A DNA stretch of 63,020 nt, filler included, from Intoshia linei (Eukaryota > Animalia > Orthonectida), in the NCBI GenBank assembly GCA_001642005.1. It is 4 parts of 4 records of this genome, joined end to end, with 100 filler letters (N's around TTAATTAATTAA, not from the genome) between each part and the next. Parts side by side here need not be neighbours in the genome. Positions count along the whole stretch, not along the records: positions 1 to 22,169 come from LWCA01000604.1; 3 more parts are not named here. One strand, 5' to 3'. How positions within the stretch are numbered: the first letter of the stretch is position 1; each line of letters opens with the position of its first letter. Of this stretch, positions 1 to 12,598 are shown piece after piece. A program made the position numbers and the translations under genes. Below the pieces are notes generated by a model that worked only from the letters and a program-made list of their open reading frames with translations, had not been told where the DNA came from and did no database searches.

Positions 1-15
1 TTACTTTTTGTACTA

Positions 16-584
16 TTGATATTTAAGTATGCCAAAAATTCCAAAATCGAGACAAAAAAAAAAATCAGCAATATTCTAAAACTTTATCCAACTGAATTTA
101 AAATGATAGACAACAATTTATTTTGTTTAAGATGTAATTGCAATGTCTCGTTTGATAAATTACATTATGTACAAGTACATAGAGGTTCATCAAAACACAA
201 ATCTTTAAATACTGTTATTTCTATACAAAAATACTTAAAAGATAAGAATTATTTATCAATATAGGTAAACCGTTATTATCTGAAAATAACTGTCGTGGTA
301 AAGTTGACCTATTATATTCGAATGAAATTGAAAGAATTAAACTGTGTGGCTCAAATCAGTTGATATTGATGATGTTGGATGGGACAGATTTAAATGGTGT
401 TAAATATGTTAATGTTATGGTTGGTACATTAGAAAACCCTCAGAAATTAATGCTATTCGATTGTAAAAAAATTGATAGTAATATGAATGGCCAACTTGTA
501 CTGCACACTATTGATGATGCCCTTAAAAGGTTAGGTATACATCGGGAACAATTTACTTTATTCTTAAGTAATGTCGCTTGGTAA
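16..584 (+). pseudogene. Degenerate hAT/CGGBP1-like transposase fragment (Zn finger plus start of RNase H-like domain)
   Basis: ORF 16-264 has LFCLRCNCNVSFDKLHYVQVHRGSSKH (C2H2/BED-like finger). ORF 360-584 has LMLDGTDLNGVKYVNVMVGTL...FTLFLSNVA, resembling the DETTD..GRYVANV..G.L...LFVSDAA region of these transposases. The ORFs are broken by stops and frameshifts. Confidence 0.6.
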
Positions 585-665
585 TTTCACTTTATTTATT
601 TATTTACTCATCTTTGTTATCTGATAAATTATGTTTTTATATTAAAAAAAATATACATGTATATT

Positions 666-1340
666 AGGGTGTCCACTTTTTTAAAGATCGAAAAGTATAT
701 TTGCATATAAGTGTGTTTTTATGCACTGATCACGAATATGTGAAAATTAATTCATTTAATTGAAATTAAAAACACTTATGATATTTTTATTTTTAAAAAT
801 GTGAACTATACTTTATTACGCTATTTTATTTATTTATTAATTTTATAATTAATGATATAAAATTAAAATGTCGAGATCCAAAAATGAAGTATTTAAAAAA
901 AGTATGAAGTGGACGCATTTTTATGGAGTAGTGGTTAGTGAACCGCTTAGTAATTTATCGAGATTACCTACTATAAAAAAAGTAATGGGAAAATAACTCA
1001 GAACGAAAATCTTATTACTGTGATAAAACTGCAATAGAACTATATTCTTTACGGATTAAGTGCACTCTGGGACCGATTCCATTAGGATTAGTATAAGTAA
1101 AACTTAAAGATTTAATGAACAAGTATGCGCTCTATCTAAAAAATCCGAACTACCATGAAAAATTTAAACAAAATTGGGATAACATTAATGATAAAAAAAT
1201 AAAAATTGACGAAGATGAAACTTTTCTTCAAATGCAAATTGATTCTCATGAAGAAAGTGGAGCATGTTCTAGTAGTTTTTGCATATCAAATTTACAAACT
1301 CAACAACTATTACAAAAAAAATTTAGATTTCCGTTTTGAA
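666..1340 (+). mobile_element. Probable decayed DNA-transposon 5' fragment
   Basis: Begins TAGGGTG...GCACTGATCACGAATATG, a terminus-like motif, followed by broken coding-like text (RLPTIKKV...KLKDLMNKY...DEDETFLQMQ). Family not resolved. Confidence 0.3.
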
Positions 1341-1419
1341 TCGAAAGTAGACCCATATTCTAACAATTTTTTCGATGAAAATTATTATCCTCTTCATAAA
1401 TTTTCCACAAATAAATACT

Positions 1420-2290
1420 TAAAAATACCAATTTTGTATCAATAATTAACGGAATCTTTATTTTATAAACATATTTTACCAATGTTACAAAGGATTGTAA
1501 TAACAAAGTTGTATTACTTTTAGTAATCGTTGTTGTAGTTTTAATTCAAATTTGATACAAAATGTTTTGAAAATGATAATTTAAAAATTCCGAAGGAATG
1601 AATTATATAGATTTTTACCCATATTTCTTTATTGGAAATGTGTAGAGATTCAATGCACTTTTTTTGAAATTATAAGATCAATATTGTTATTTTAATTGAA
1701 ATATTTGAAAAATATTGGTTGATAATATATTAAAAATTATTTTTTCACCCGAAAATGCGTAGATTGATGGGATTGAAATTTTTTATTTATATAACTGGAA
1801 TAAGCTCTATCAGAATAATGTTTTTGTAATTTTTGGACGGTTAATTATTTCACATTTTTTGATTTAATAAAATATTACAGAAAAAAATATATGAATATTA
1901 AAATGCTTTTTTGATCGTGAAGTCGTCACTTATTTGGATTGAAATTTTTTGTGTTAACGGATACAACTGTACCACCTGTAAAATTTTTTAAATTCTAGGT
2001 TTTCATAATAAAAAAATGGTAAATTGTGGTTTGGGCCCTGAAGATATATTTTTTTACATTTTAATTTATGATTTTAAAATCAGTAATCATTTTTTTTATT
2101 AAGTTCTCGAACTCGTTTTATTTTCAAAAAAAGGGCAATTAGCTTTTTGACTTGTAAGATGTGAGTTTGGGTGGTTGAAATTTATTTTGATAACATCCCG
2201 GAAAAACTGTAATTGGAATGTGGACTTAACAAAATGCTAAGACTGGTAGTTATTGAAATAAATGATAACACACAAAGCATATTATATAAG
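1420..2290 (-). mobile_element. Non-autonomous Helitron-family copy (partial)
   Basis: Shares long blocks with the copies at 6326-7698, 57417-58905 and 61186-61822 (e.g. ACTGGAATAAGCTCTATCAGAATAAT, CCGAAGGAATGAATTATATAGATT). The 3' CTAG end is missing. Confidence 0.75.
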
Positions 2291-2432
2291 TAAAAAAATT
2301 TTTATTTAAAAATATTAAATATGGTAATTTTACAATTAATAAATAGGTTATTTTTTATACAATTATGTAATACAATTTCAAAAGGAATAAAAACAATACA
2401 TTGCTAAATTTTGATATTTTTACTAAACTTTT

Positions 2433-4508
2433 TCATGGACCCTTGTCTTGCACAGGATAACTACGATTACCACCAAATGTATTACATGCAGTGGCTTCGC
2501 TCATTATATCCATATGTACAGAATCCATTATTAACAACTGAGAATTTCGTAGGAAATACAATGTTTCCTTATATGATAGAAGCCTAAATATAACTAACGA
2601 TCGAGTTTCAATATATAAATAAGTAGTTAAATGTCCAAATTCGTTTATACGTTCTTTAAGTATATTTTCATCCACCTACAGATTAAATAATTAAAAAAAT
2701 TAAAATGTACCATAATATTTGTTAGAATAATAAAAGGAATATTCTCCTGGTCATAATATCGCAACTTCATCGATATGTGCACGGGTATGAAATTTTTAGG
2801 TCTAATGGAATGTTGAGGTGTATTTTCCAATTTAGGAAGATACTTTTCTGCTACAGAGATTTTGTTTTGCAACTCTAAAATGTATACATGATTAATAACT
2901 AGTTGTACCAATGTACACTATGAAATGCTAAAAAATATAATCTTACCCAGTCCATTTGCACCCAATTTAAACCCCTCATTAAGGTTGTAATTGCTGAAAT
3001 TCATATTAGGATGGGGATTAAAATTGGGGTTAACAATGGGATGCCAGTTATTGGAGGTCATTTTTTCTGCTTCCGTTTTTTGATTATAAATATTCGTTCC
3101 ATTTAAAATTTTTTCATTAATGAGCTCTTTTTGAAATCGAATTTCTTGCAATTGTTTTTCAAGATAATAATATCCGTTCTTTGTTAAATGACTAGTACTA
3201 AATTCGTCAACTATTGATTGTTCTTCACGGCACAAGTCTACCAAATCTTTTTCGGGGCGGCCAAAATATTTCCGTCGCGATATATTTTCCATACTTTTTC
3301 CATTATACAACAACTCAAAATTCTCAGGCCGTTTCTGATTGTAGTTTTGATTCAATAAATCCAAATTCTTCAGGTTGTCACTTTCATGCGCATTAGGAGG
3401 AAAGTTTCTTGTAAGTGTACCTTGATTTTGAATTAGATTTAGTAATTGATTTTGAACAGAATGTTGGATAAGACTTTCATTTTGGTATGTATTATAATTT
3501 TCAAAACGAATGGTATTTAAACTATAATTTTGTGCGTTAGATACATAGCTTGGAAAACGTGATTCAGACATTTTACGGAGTGATTCGTGGTCCAGATGTT
3601 TGTACACATCTTTATTATTTTTAGGAATGGATGGTTTTTCCGTGTTACTAGCTACATCATTGCCTAGAGATTCGCATTGTCTATTAGAAAATTGATTTCC
3701 GCTTACATTTATATGGTATTTTTTAGAATCTCCATTACTTGTATTGGAGTTCTCGCTTTTATCCCCATTGAGATGAAATCTTTTTAAATTGTTCTCACTG
3801 TTATTTTCATGTTCTTTGATATCTTTTGGGTGATGTGGTCTTTGTTGATTGACCAGTTGATGTTGGTTATAAAGATGCTGCTGATTTCGTCCGAAATTAA
3901 TATCCATCAATCCAATCAATTTTCTAGGTGCATAATTTTGAACTTTAAAATTTAAATAGTTTCCATGTTGGTGCACATTAGTATTACAATATTTTATCAT
4001 ATTATCTTTTGAGTTTTGACAAATTTCCTTATTTTCCATATTCTGATCCATTCTATCACATTTCTGTTGTCTTTGATTATATTTATTTATTAAATGTTTT
4101 GGATTAAATTCATTTGAATAAAATGGATTGTTATCTATAAAATTTCGTTTCGTTTCCCACATACCAAAATCTATGTCCTTCTCATTAATTTTAACCTTAG
4201 GCGTCATTTTTTCCAAGTTAGGTTTAGATTTTGTTAAATTTTCCTTTTTATAGTCTTTATCTGATTTTATGGGATTTTTTTCAGAATCATATAGAGGATT
4301 TACCAAGTTTTGTAGTTGTTGAATCGGTTTTTCAGGAAGTTCATCAAGTGATTCAGAATTCGTAGGTTTTGACTTTATGTATTTTACGTTTTCTTGTAAA
4401 CTGTTTATATCATTATTCGGATTAATATCAACAGTTTCAACATTTTTTATGTTTTCACCATTATTAGCAATTTTAGACTCTATTTTAATCGACTTTTCCA
4501 CATCTTTA
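2433..4508 (-). CDS. Orphan N/Q-rich protein with coiled coil and C-terminal divergent RRM-like domain, paralog A (5' end unresolved)
   Basis: Exons 4508-2947, 2874-2711 and 2675-2433 splice in frame via GT-AG introns of 72 and 35 bp. C-terminus PFIILTNIM|VDENILKERINEFGHLTTYLYIETRSLVIFRLLSYKETLYFL. An acceptor at 4509-4510 implies an upstream exon. Confidence 0.75.
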
Positions 4509-4619
4509 CTAAAATAAAATTATTGATGAATAAATTAATTTGCTTTTATGACGTCAAAATGTTATTATGATTTTACTCACTGTAACGTATATTTTTTGAA
4601 TCACAGTAAAATGAGATCA

Positions 4620-5200
4620 AAATTTACCAATTTTTAAGGAAAAAATCTATTAAACCAAAAATAATATAATTACTTTATTGTAAGAAACAATTTCATTAAA
4701 AAAGAATCTAAATTTACCAATTTACAAGGAAAAACTCACTTTTATCAATCTCAAAAAAAACCATTTAAACAAAAATCACTTTATACAACTCTAAAAGAAA
4801 AAATTGAAATTTACCAATATACAAGTAAAAAACCACTTATCCAATGTAACAAAAATTATAAATTAACTACTTTAGAAAAAAAAATGTAAACTAAATTTTA
4901 TGAGAAAAAACCACTTATTTAATTAATCAAAAAATTTCAGAAAAAAATCTAAATTAACTTAAAATACTAAATTAAAAATCTAATAAACTAAATGAATTTT
5001 AGAAGTAAAAAATTACTTTATCAAACAAATAAAAATCATTAAAACAAACCTAGAAAAAAAATTCAATTTTACCGACAATATTCAAACCTTACAAGACAAA
5101 ATGATGTTATTCAACTCCATTTAACCAAAAACTACAAGAACAAATCAGCTTATTGAAAGAAAAAATCTAAATTTATCACAACAAAAATACACAATTTAAT
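4620..5200. repeat. Degenerate A-rich tandem repeat
   Basis: Recurrent AAATTTACCAA...ACAAGGAAAAA...CACTTTATCAA units with irregular period. Confidence 0.55.
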
Positions 5201-6325
5201 CGAACCGAAGCAAACTAGTTTCATTTAACCCAAAAGAACATTTTCATAATACCCTGTACTAGGTTTAACGTACTTACAGACTTAATCAGCGATTCATCAC
5301 GAGGTTCACAAAAAATTGTGGTGGTCCTTAAAAATCATTTATATAATAGATAAAACGTTAACATTGCAGTTATGAATTTATAAAAAAAATTTTTGTTCAT
5401 TCTATATCTCTATTTTTATATTTAAAACTATCTACTTGTAGCAAACTTTCTTCAAATTGTGTAAAGTTTGTCATGAAATAAAAATAATTCAGGTGATGAA
5501 AGTTTAAAAACCCTGATTTACATTGTATATTTTGTATAAAACAAAGAAAAACCCAATAAGTAATATAAATACATTATTGGTACATCTTTAATATACACTT
5601 TCTCTGAATAGTGTGGTACATACATTTTATTCATAACTTCTAAATTGAATACTAAAATAAATAATCATTAAACAATAGTACCCTTCGATTCCAACTTATC
5701 CATGGTCTATAATATTATTAACATGTAAAATAAAATAACTAAAAATAAATTATCAAATTTTTTTTTCTTTAACTCGAATGGTAGATACTGAAAAAAGACA
5801 AGACAAAATTTTCATATTCAAATGTGGCATTATTCTTATCATTTTTTTCATAACTAACTACAGTAAAAAACTTAAAAAGCCTACTACGATTTTTTTTTCA
5901 TAAATATTAATAACTTTAAAGATTAAATACATATATGTGGTATTAAATAATTATTATAATGAACAAAAACAGGCATAATAACCTTAGTTTTTTGATAATT
6001 ATTTTTTGCTTTTTGTTTTCGTTTTTTCTGACTCTAAATTTTAAAGATATTTTAAAAACACGACCCCAAATATAAACTAACCATATTCGATACTATTCAA
6101 CAAATTGGTAATAAGATTTACCAACGAGGTATTATGTATTAATAAAAATAGAAACAGTAATAAAATTAAAATTAGTGGTAAAAATGAATATAAAACAAGA
6201 ATTTACTATATTAATGCGTTTTACAATTAAAAATTAACATAAACGAAAACGTTAGTTTCGCTATAACAAAACCAGTTTAATCGAAACAATACATCAAAAT
6301 TAAAAAAACATAATTTTATTAACAA

Positions 6326-7698
6326 CTAGTTTGACGGTTATGTACTTCGTACAAACAGCATCCTAGCTCTGCCGAAAGCGGATATTTTTATTCTACCAGA
6401 AAAATAAATTCAATAAGTAAATTTAACATAAAAAGTCTACTATTCACTATTATAAATTATTTAAAGAAGTGGTTCCGAACTTGTTACACGTGTACCCGTC
6501 ATATCACATTAACTTTTAATTTAAAGTGAATTATTCCACGTTAAAATTATTATGTTAACATTTACGTAAAGGATTTTTAAAACAATTTTATCCCATTTTT
6601 TTAATTTATTAGACAGAATGTGTGTATAATAAATTAAGTAAAAACAGTCCAATCCTAAAAATTGCTATAAATAGCATAAAATCCAACTTTGTCATTTTCA
6701 ATGTGATGATATATATTCAGTACCAATTTAATAAATACTTAAAAATACCCATTATGTATCAATAATTAACCGAATCTTCACTTCATAAACATATTTCAGT
6801 CGAATTTTACCAATATTGCAAAGGATTGTAATAAATATAAAAATTATAATAAAAAAGTTGTATTACTTTTAGTAATCGTTGTTGTAGTCTTAATTTAAAT
6901 TTTAAACAAAATGTTTTGGAAATGAAAATTTAAAAATTGCGAAGGAATCAAATTATATAGATTTAATGCACATTTTTTTTGAAATTGTAGGATCAATATT
7001 TACATTTTAAATTTTGTATTTATATCAACTGGAATAAGCTTTATCAGAATAATCTTTTGTTTTAATTTTCGTTTTTAATAATACATAATAATAAACATTT
7101 TTTTTTTAATAAAATAGTTCGGAAAAAAATATATGAATACTAAAATGCTTTTTTGACCGTAAAGGCAGCACTTATTCAGATTGATATTTTGGATATCTCT
7201 TAACAGGATACAACTATACCATCTGTAATTTTTTTTAAATTTTAGGGCTGATTCATTTTAAAAAAAAGAGGTAATGTGGGGTTTTGATCGTGAAAATTAT
7301 CTTTTTTGAGGTTTTCGTTTATGATTTTAAAAACTATCCCAAAATTTATGTTTAAAAAAATTTTAGGATATATTTCATTTTTAAAACAAAGAGTAATTTT
7401 TGTGGTTTTGACCATAAAGGTATGCGTTTCTGAGGCTGAGATTATCGACAATGTTAATGATTTTAAAACGCGTTCCACAATGAATGTTTTATTGAAATTT
7501 TGGGCTGATTTTTTTTTAAACAAAAGGGGGTATTGGGTTTTTGACCCTAAAGGACTCAAATTCTGAAACTGAAAAATAGATAAAAACACGTATAGATATA
7601 CACGATAAGAACGCGCAAATTTATTTAATGAAATTGTATAAATGAAATTTTAATTTGACAAATTGAAACAAGTTCAAATAATAATAAAATAAATAGGA
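6326..7698 (-). mobile_element. Non-autonomous Helitron, apparently full length
   Basis: On the minus strand it starts A|TCCTA (7698) and ends with a TGTAC-GAA-GTACA hairpin, then CTAG|T (6326). No TSD. Body matches the other copies. Confidence 0.7.
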
Positions 7699-7786
7699 TT
7701 AACTCAAGATTGAAATCAAAAGCACCACAATAGCAATCAAGATTACCAGTATATACCCGTATGAACTGATTATAATAAAATATAAA

Positions 7787-9807
7787 TCAATTCCAATTAT
7801 AATTCCGAAGATTCTGATTAGGATATTGATCATTGTCATCACTTTTATCATATGTTTGCATATTATTATTAATTTTTTGATATTTGCAAAATTGTAATAC
7901 TTCATTCATATTCAATATGTTGACTTGGACCGAGTCGTTGAACACATTAGTATGATTTTTAAGAAAATTCATCGTCTCAGAAAATGTTTGCAATCGGAAT
8001 AAAGACATTAAATTAATTTTGTCATAGAAATAGGAACGTAAAACACCATAATCGGCAATTCTATGCATTAATTGATCGGATTCCGTCTAAATAAAAGTTA
8101 CAAAAAAATAAATATAAACAAAACTACAAAAATATTGGTCAAAAGAACAAATGGAATACAATCTTGACTGAATTGGTTAAGTTTAGAAAATATGTTGAAA
8201 GGCAAAGCGTTTTTTGGTCGAAGTGAGCTATTTTTACTCGCAGTGTCTTGTACAGGTTCAGGTACATATTGCTGTAAATTTGGTGTATTGTTTTCATATT
8301 TTTCTAAACAATCATAAATACATTTAAAAAAAATAAAACTGTTTTGTGGAGATTGATAATTTTTTGATTTATCGTGACTAACATTAGAATTTGGAATACT
8401 GGGTTGAAAATTTGGATAACGGTCTTGATTTTTTGATTGAAATTGAGAGGACATTTGATTATAATGAAAAATTTTTTCCCTGAGATCTTGGTTTATTTTA
8501 TTCATTTGGAACACGATATTTTTCAATTCTTCATCCAATTCAATACTGGATGATTGAGAGGTAAATGTACTAGATTTATCACGTAAAATTTTTTCCCTGT
8601 GCATTAACTCACTTAAAAAATTTTGTAAATTATAAATCTCATTACTAAGAGCGTCGGCTGTACCGTGATGGATCCTTTTATGAGTTTGATGATAAATATT
8701 GTCAACTTTTTGGTTTAGAAAAGTTTGATTTGGCGTAAATTTATCATAACCATATTTGTTATAAAATCTTGACTCATTTGAAACTGTATTTTGAGATGGA
8801 CTATAAGGACTAGCGTGTCTATCGACCCTATTTGGTGATGAATTTGCAAATTTAGGAGTTTGAACAGAGGTTTGATGTTCGTACATCTTACGCATTTCAT
8901 CTACATTCATGTTAAACAATTGAGAGGCACGGTTTACCTCAAGGACTTGATCCTGTTTAGAAAAAGTTTGAACATTATACCTGATTTTCGGCTGAAAAGT
9001 CTGACCGAAAGTGTTTTTTGAGTTGGAAGGTTCTAAGTTTTCAGGGTTTTGAGAGTTAATGTTTTCATTATTCGAACAATTCCATATTTTATAATTTTGA
9101 GCGTTTGAAAATTGTGCTTGGTTCCATTCATTGGAATTGGTGTCTATTTTAATACTAACTGGCGATTGACTGTAGTTTTTGGGTTGAGTAAATGTATTTG
9201 CGTTTTGATCGAAATATTTTTTACAATTGTTTTTACTGTCATTTTGTTTTAGCACAAATTTTTTTGGTTTATAACTCTTTTGCAAATCAGTTTTAAAAGA
9301 TCGGTCGTTTTCTTTATAAACATGAGAATAATGGAGCCTGCATTTGCAATTTTTTGGACATGATGGACCAGACCACATTTTAAAATCAGTGTCAGCATAA
9401 TTGATGGGCGGGACAGGAGTTTGTTGTTTAATAACAAGCAATTTATCACAGTTTTCTTTCAATGGTGCAATAATTTTATATTCGTTGATTGAACCGTCTT
9501 TTTCCCAGACTTGAGTACCGGTATTGGTATATAAAAAGTGCTTGGTATCTATGTACCTAATTGACGGCAATTCCAGTTCGGACGTGTCCCAAATCACGCT
9601 TTGGTTAATTGGTGCTTTCCCCCAATTTTCATTGGATTCCTCCATTGTGGTTCCAGGTGACATAATTTCAAGTCTATGGTTTTCCATGAGTTCAGTTATT
9701 TCTTCAGTATCGTCAATTTTGGCATCTTCCAGTGTGATAGGAATTTCATTAAATTTAAAATTTGGATTACTTTCACCCGAATAATATGGAAATTTTTCCT
9801 GATTCAT
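7787..9807 (-). CDS. Orphan N/Q-rich protein with coiled coil and C-terminal divergent RRM-like domain, paralog B
   Basis: ATG at 9807. A 41-bp phase-0 intron (8127-8087) joins PFVLLTNIF|TESDQLMHRIADYGVLRSYFYDKINLMSLFRL. Probable stop-free 36-bp intron at 8339-8304. Aligns by eye with paralog A (RPKN..P, IPF..LTNI, FRL....ET..FL.N, DSV). Confidence 0.8.
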
Positions 9808-10589
9808 TCAAAATATATATATATATAGGATTTGCTGGAACGTATAGACTAAGGATTAATCAGCAGAAATTGGCTTCACTGATTCAAATCTACAAGTGAT
9901 AACAATTTGTACTTTTATTCCAATACACAATTTTCATATTTAATTGCAATACTCGAACAATTATCCTAAAATATTAATTAATATTATCAACAATACAGAA
10001 ACATTTCCTGATTCTTAAAATACGTTTCCTAGGCACATCGTAATTAACACGCAAATTTTATAATTAATACGTTTAATTGCAAATTCTTTGATTGTACTAA
10101 CGGCACAGTTTTCTAACCTATTTAGTACTAGTAATTTACTTATTTTTTGATAGCTCATCTAATAATTTTTCAACGAAAATGTACTTGTTCATTTTTCAAT
10201 GGTACTACTCAAACAGACTAGTACTTCAAGTAACTTACGTGCGATCCAATTACACTACTACATGTATAGCCTTGATCAATAGCAGATGGACTGATACTAC
10301 TGTAGTATTGTTTGGTATTGTATCCTTATAATTTAATCGTTATAATTTTATTATACACATGTCATCAATAAAGTTATTCGTCATTAATCACAATTTATTA
10401 TCACTGCAACTTGCAGTCTATAAATTATAGCAAGTATAGCTCTGAATCTCAAAAGTTTTTAGTTTTGTGAGCGATAAATTCATCATTATATTGTTAGTAT
10501 TAATACCTAATAATTAGGTGACGCAAATATTTAGAACGATATTTTGATAAAATTTTTGTAACTAAAAACAAGAGAAACATTTTTGAATC

Positions 10590-11010
10590 TTGAGTATAAC
10601 CTATAGCTTTATAGCTAGACCTACATTTTTTGAATCCCAATGACAACATGAAATATAAAAAATTAAAGGTTTGTTCTCACAAGATTGGGTAAAATCGTGT
10701 TTTTCAAAAAAATATTGGAAAAAAGATTTTTCAAAAAAATTTTGGTAAAACTCAATTTTTCATTGAGAGTTTGAAATAATATTTTTTATCAAATTTTATG
10801 AAAAGTGGTATTTTTGAAATAATAACGTCGTTTAGACTTTGAGATAAATTCTCAACATCCGGCAAGTTGTGATAAATATTAAAAGTTCCCCTATAAAAAT
10901 AAACAAAAGTTGATAAAAATTTTTATATATTTAATTTGAATCTCAATGAACCCCAGACATATAGTTTTAGACTCCAAGGGGTCCAGGGAACCCAATCGGA
11001 AACAACTGAT
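10590..11010. mobile_element. hAT-type MITE family copy (also ~25830-26195, 33405-33784, ~43250-43645)
   Basis: Shared core AAAAGTTGATAAA...TTTGAATCTCA...ATAGTTTTAGAC. Termini of the CAGTGGTT...AACCACTG type. Confidence 0.65.
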
Positions 11011-11097
11011 CTATAGATAGTGTATCTCAAGTTGAGACTATCAACCGTGTGTCACTGTTTTCAAAATTAAGAAAAAAATTAATGCAGGGGTACACAA

Positions 11098-12598
11098 CAG
11101 TGTCGAACCTACCGTACCCGATACCCTCTTCGAGGGCACGATGAAATTTTTCTTAAATGGAGCCTTATTTTTCCAAAATAAGCTATAAAAAAGTGATATT
11201 TCTTGAATATCACCTTTATTATTCCGTTAAATTAAAATCATCAAGTCAAGTGCCTTAGAAAAGTGGCTAGTGCTATATGAAACAACTTATTAGGGGTGTG
11301 AATTTTAGTACTTTTTGGGAAATTTTATGGTCCAGGGGCTGATAAAATCGTATATGACAGTTTTATGGCTACACTCAAAAAAACATGATTTTGGGATAAT
11401 TTTTAGTGGAAACGCTTGCCATTTTAAAAATTTCATTTCATACAAAAATGTTCTACGAAAATTAAAAAATAACTATTTATTCGGATGTTATAAGATATTG
11501 TAGCTATGGTTTGAGTTGTCTTGTGTTGATCAACTTGATCTCTATGCAGAGTTGTCAGATATAAAGTTAAATTCTTCATTTAAAAACGATCATTTTGAAA
11601 TCTGTATTTTTAAAGTGTACAGTTGTTCTTTGCTCAAATAGTTGGATAAATGAATGATAAATTTAATTCCAACAATTGAAAAGAATGTGTATTTTAATTA
11701 TATTCAATTAATTAATTCAATTCTACCTTATTTATTTCCGTTTTTCAGAGACAATTTTTATTAATGAAAAATGATAATTTTACAAAATTATAAGAACTTT
11801 AACCCTTTCACTGTCTGTTTATTCTATACTATACACAGCAATTTCACTTCACACGTCTGTGTATTCTATGATATACACAGCATAATTTGAAAAACTTTAA
11901 TTTTTTTATTTTCATACACTTTCACAGGTAATTTAAAAATGCAGTAATTTTTCGATTATGAATAATGTACATTAAATTTTAGTTTATTTGGAGTTAAAAT
12001 TTAACTTAAATATAAAGTTAAAATTACATATCTATGATTGCAAAAAATATTTTTGGCGTAAAATTGTTTCTAAATAAACTAAAATTTAACGTACATTATT
12101 CATAATTGAAACATTACTGTAATACAAGTTTAAATTAAAAAATAAATTCCAGACGTAGTGATAGTACATAAAATTGCATCAGACAGTTAAAGAATTAAAC
12201 ATGGATAAAAGAAAAAGTAAACGAGGTAGAATTGAATTTAAAAATGCGAAGTAAAAAACCAAACAACGATCAACCCAAAACCACTCAAAACATAGCGAAC
12301 ACATTGACGATAACATTCCATTAAGTAAAATTACGTTTTAATTTTTTTAAAACATTTCTGTATGTCATTTTTAAAATAGCAAGTATCTCCGCAAATTTTT
12401 ATCTAATTTGAATAATTAATGTTATAAGGTCATTTTTGATTAACTTTAATTTGATTTACTCAACTTTTTACGAGCCGGGAAACCTTGACTTAATTTGTAA
12501 TATTTTGTAACAGTCCTACAATGCATCGTTGGTAAAAAAATCTTTTAATGGCCTATTTTTCATTTTCGATGGCTTCGACCTTGGTAGTTTCGGCTCTG
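11098..12598. mobile_element. hAT MITE with 8-bp TSD, enlarged by nested insertions
   Basis: Perfect TSD GTACACAA at 11090-11097 and 12599-12606. TIRs CAGTGTCGAACCTACC / GGTAGTTTCGGCTCTG. A short uninterrupted relative lies at ~49720-49971. Confidence 0.8.
11803..12194. mobile_element. piggyBac-like MITE
   Basis: TTAA-CCCTTTCACTGTCTG ... CAGACAGTTAAAGAA-TTAA: TTAA TSDs, imperfect TIR and an internal inverted repeat. Confidence 0.7.

Noticed and set aside
5270-5330. Box C/D-like words (GTGATGA...CTGA) on the minus strand, or an upstream exon of paralog A
   Set aside because: The boxes are only 4 nt apart, too close for a snoRNA, and the exon phase does not match the 4508 acceptor.
7242-7589. 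ORFs 7242-7589, 7306-7566, 34439-34672 and 39749-39940
   Set aside because: They lie inside Helitron-family repeats, are F/K/I/L-biased and show no Rep or helicase motifs.
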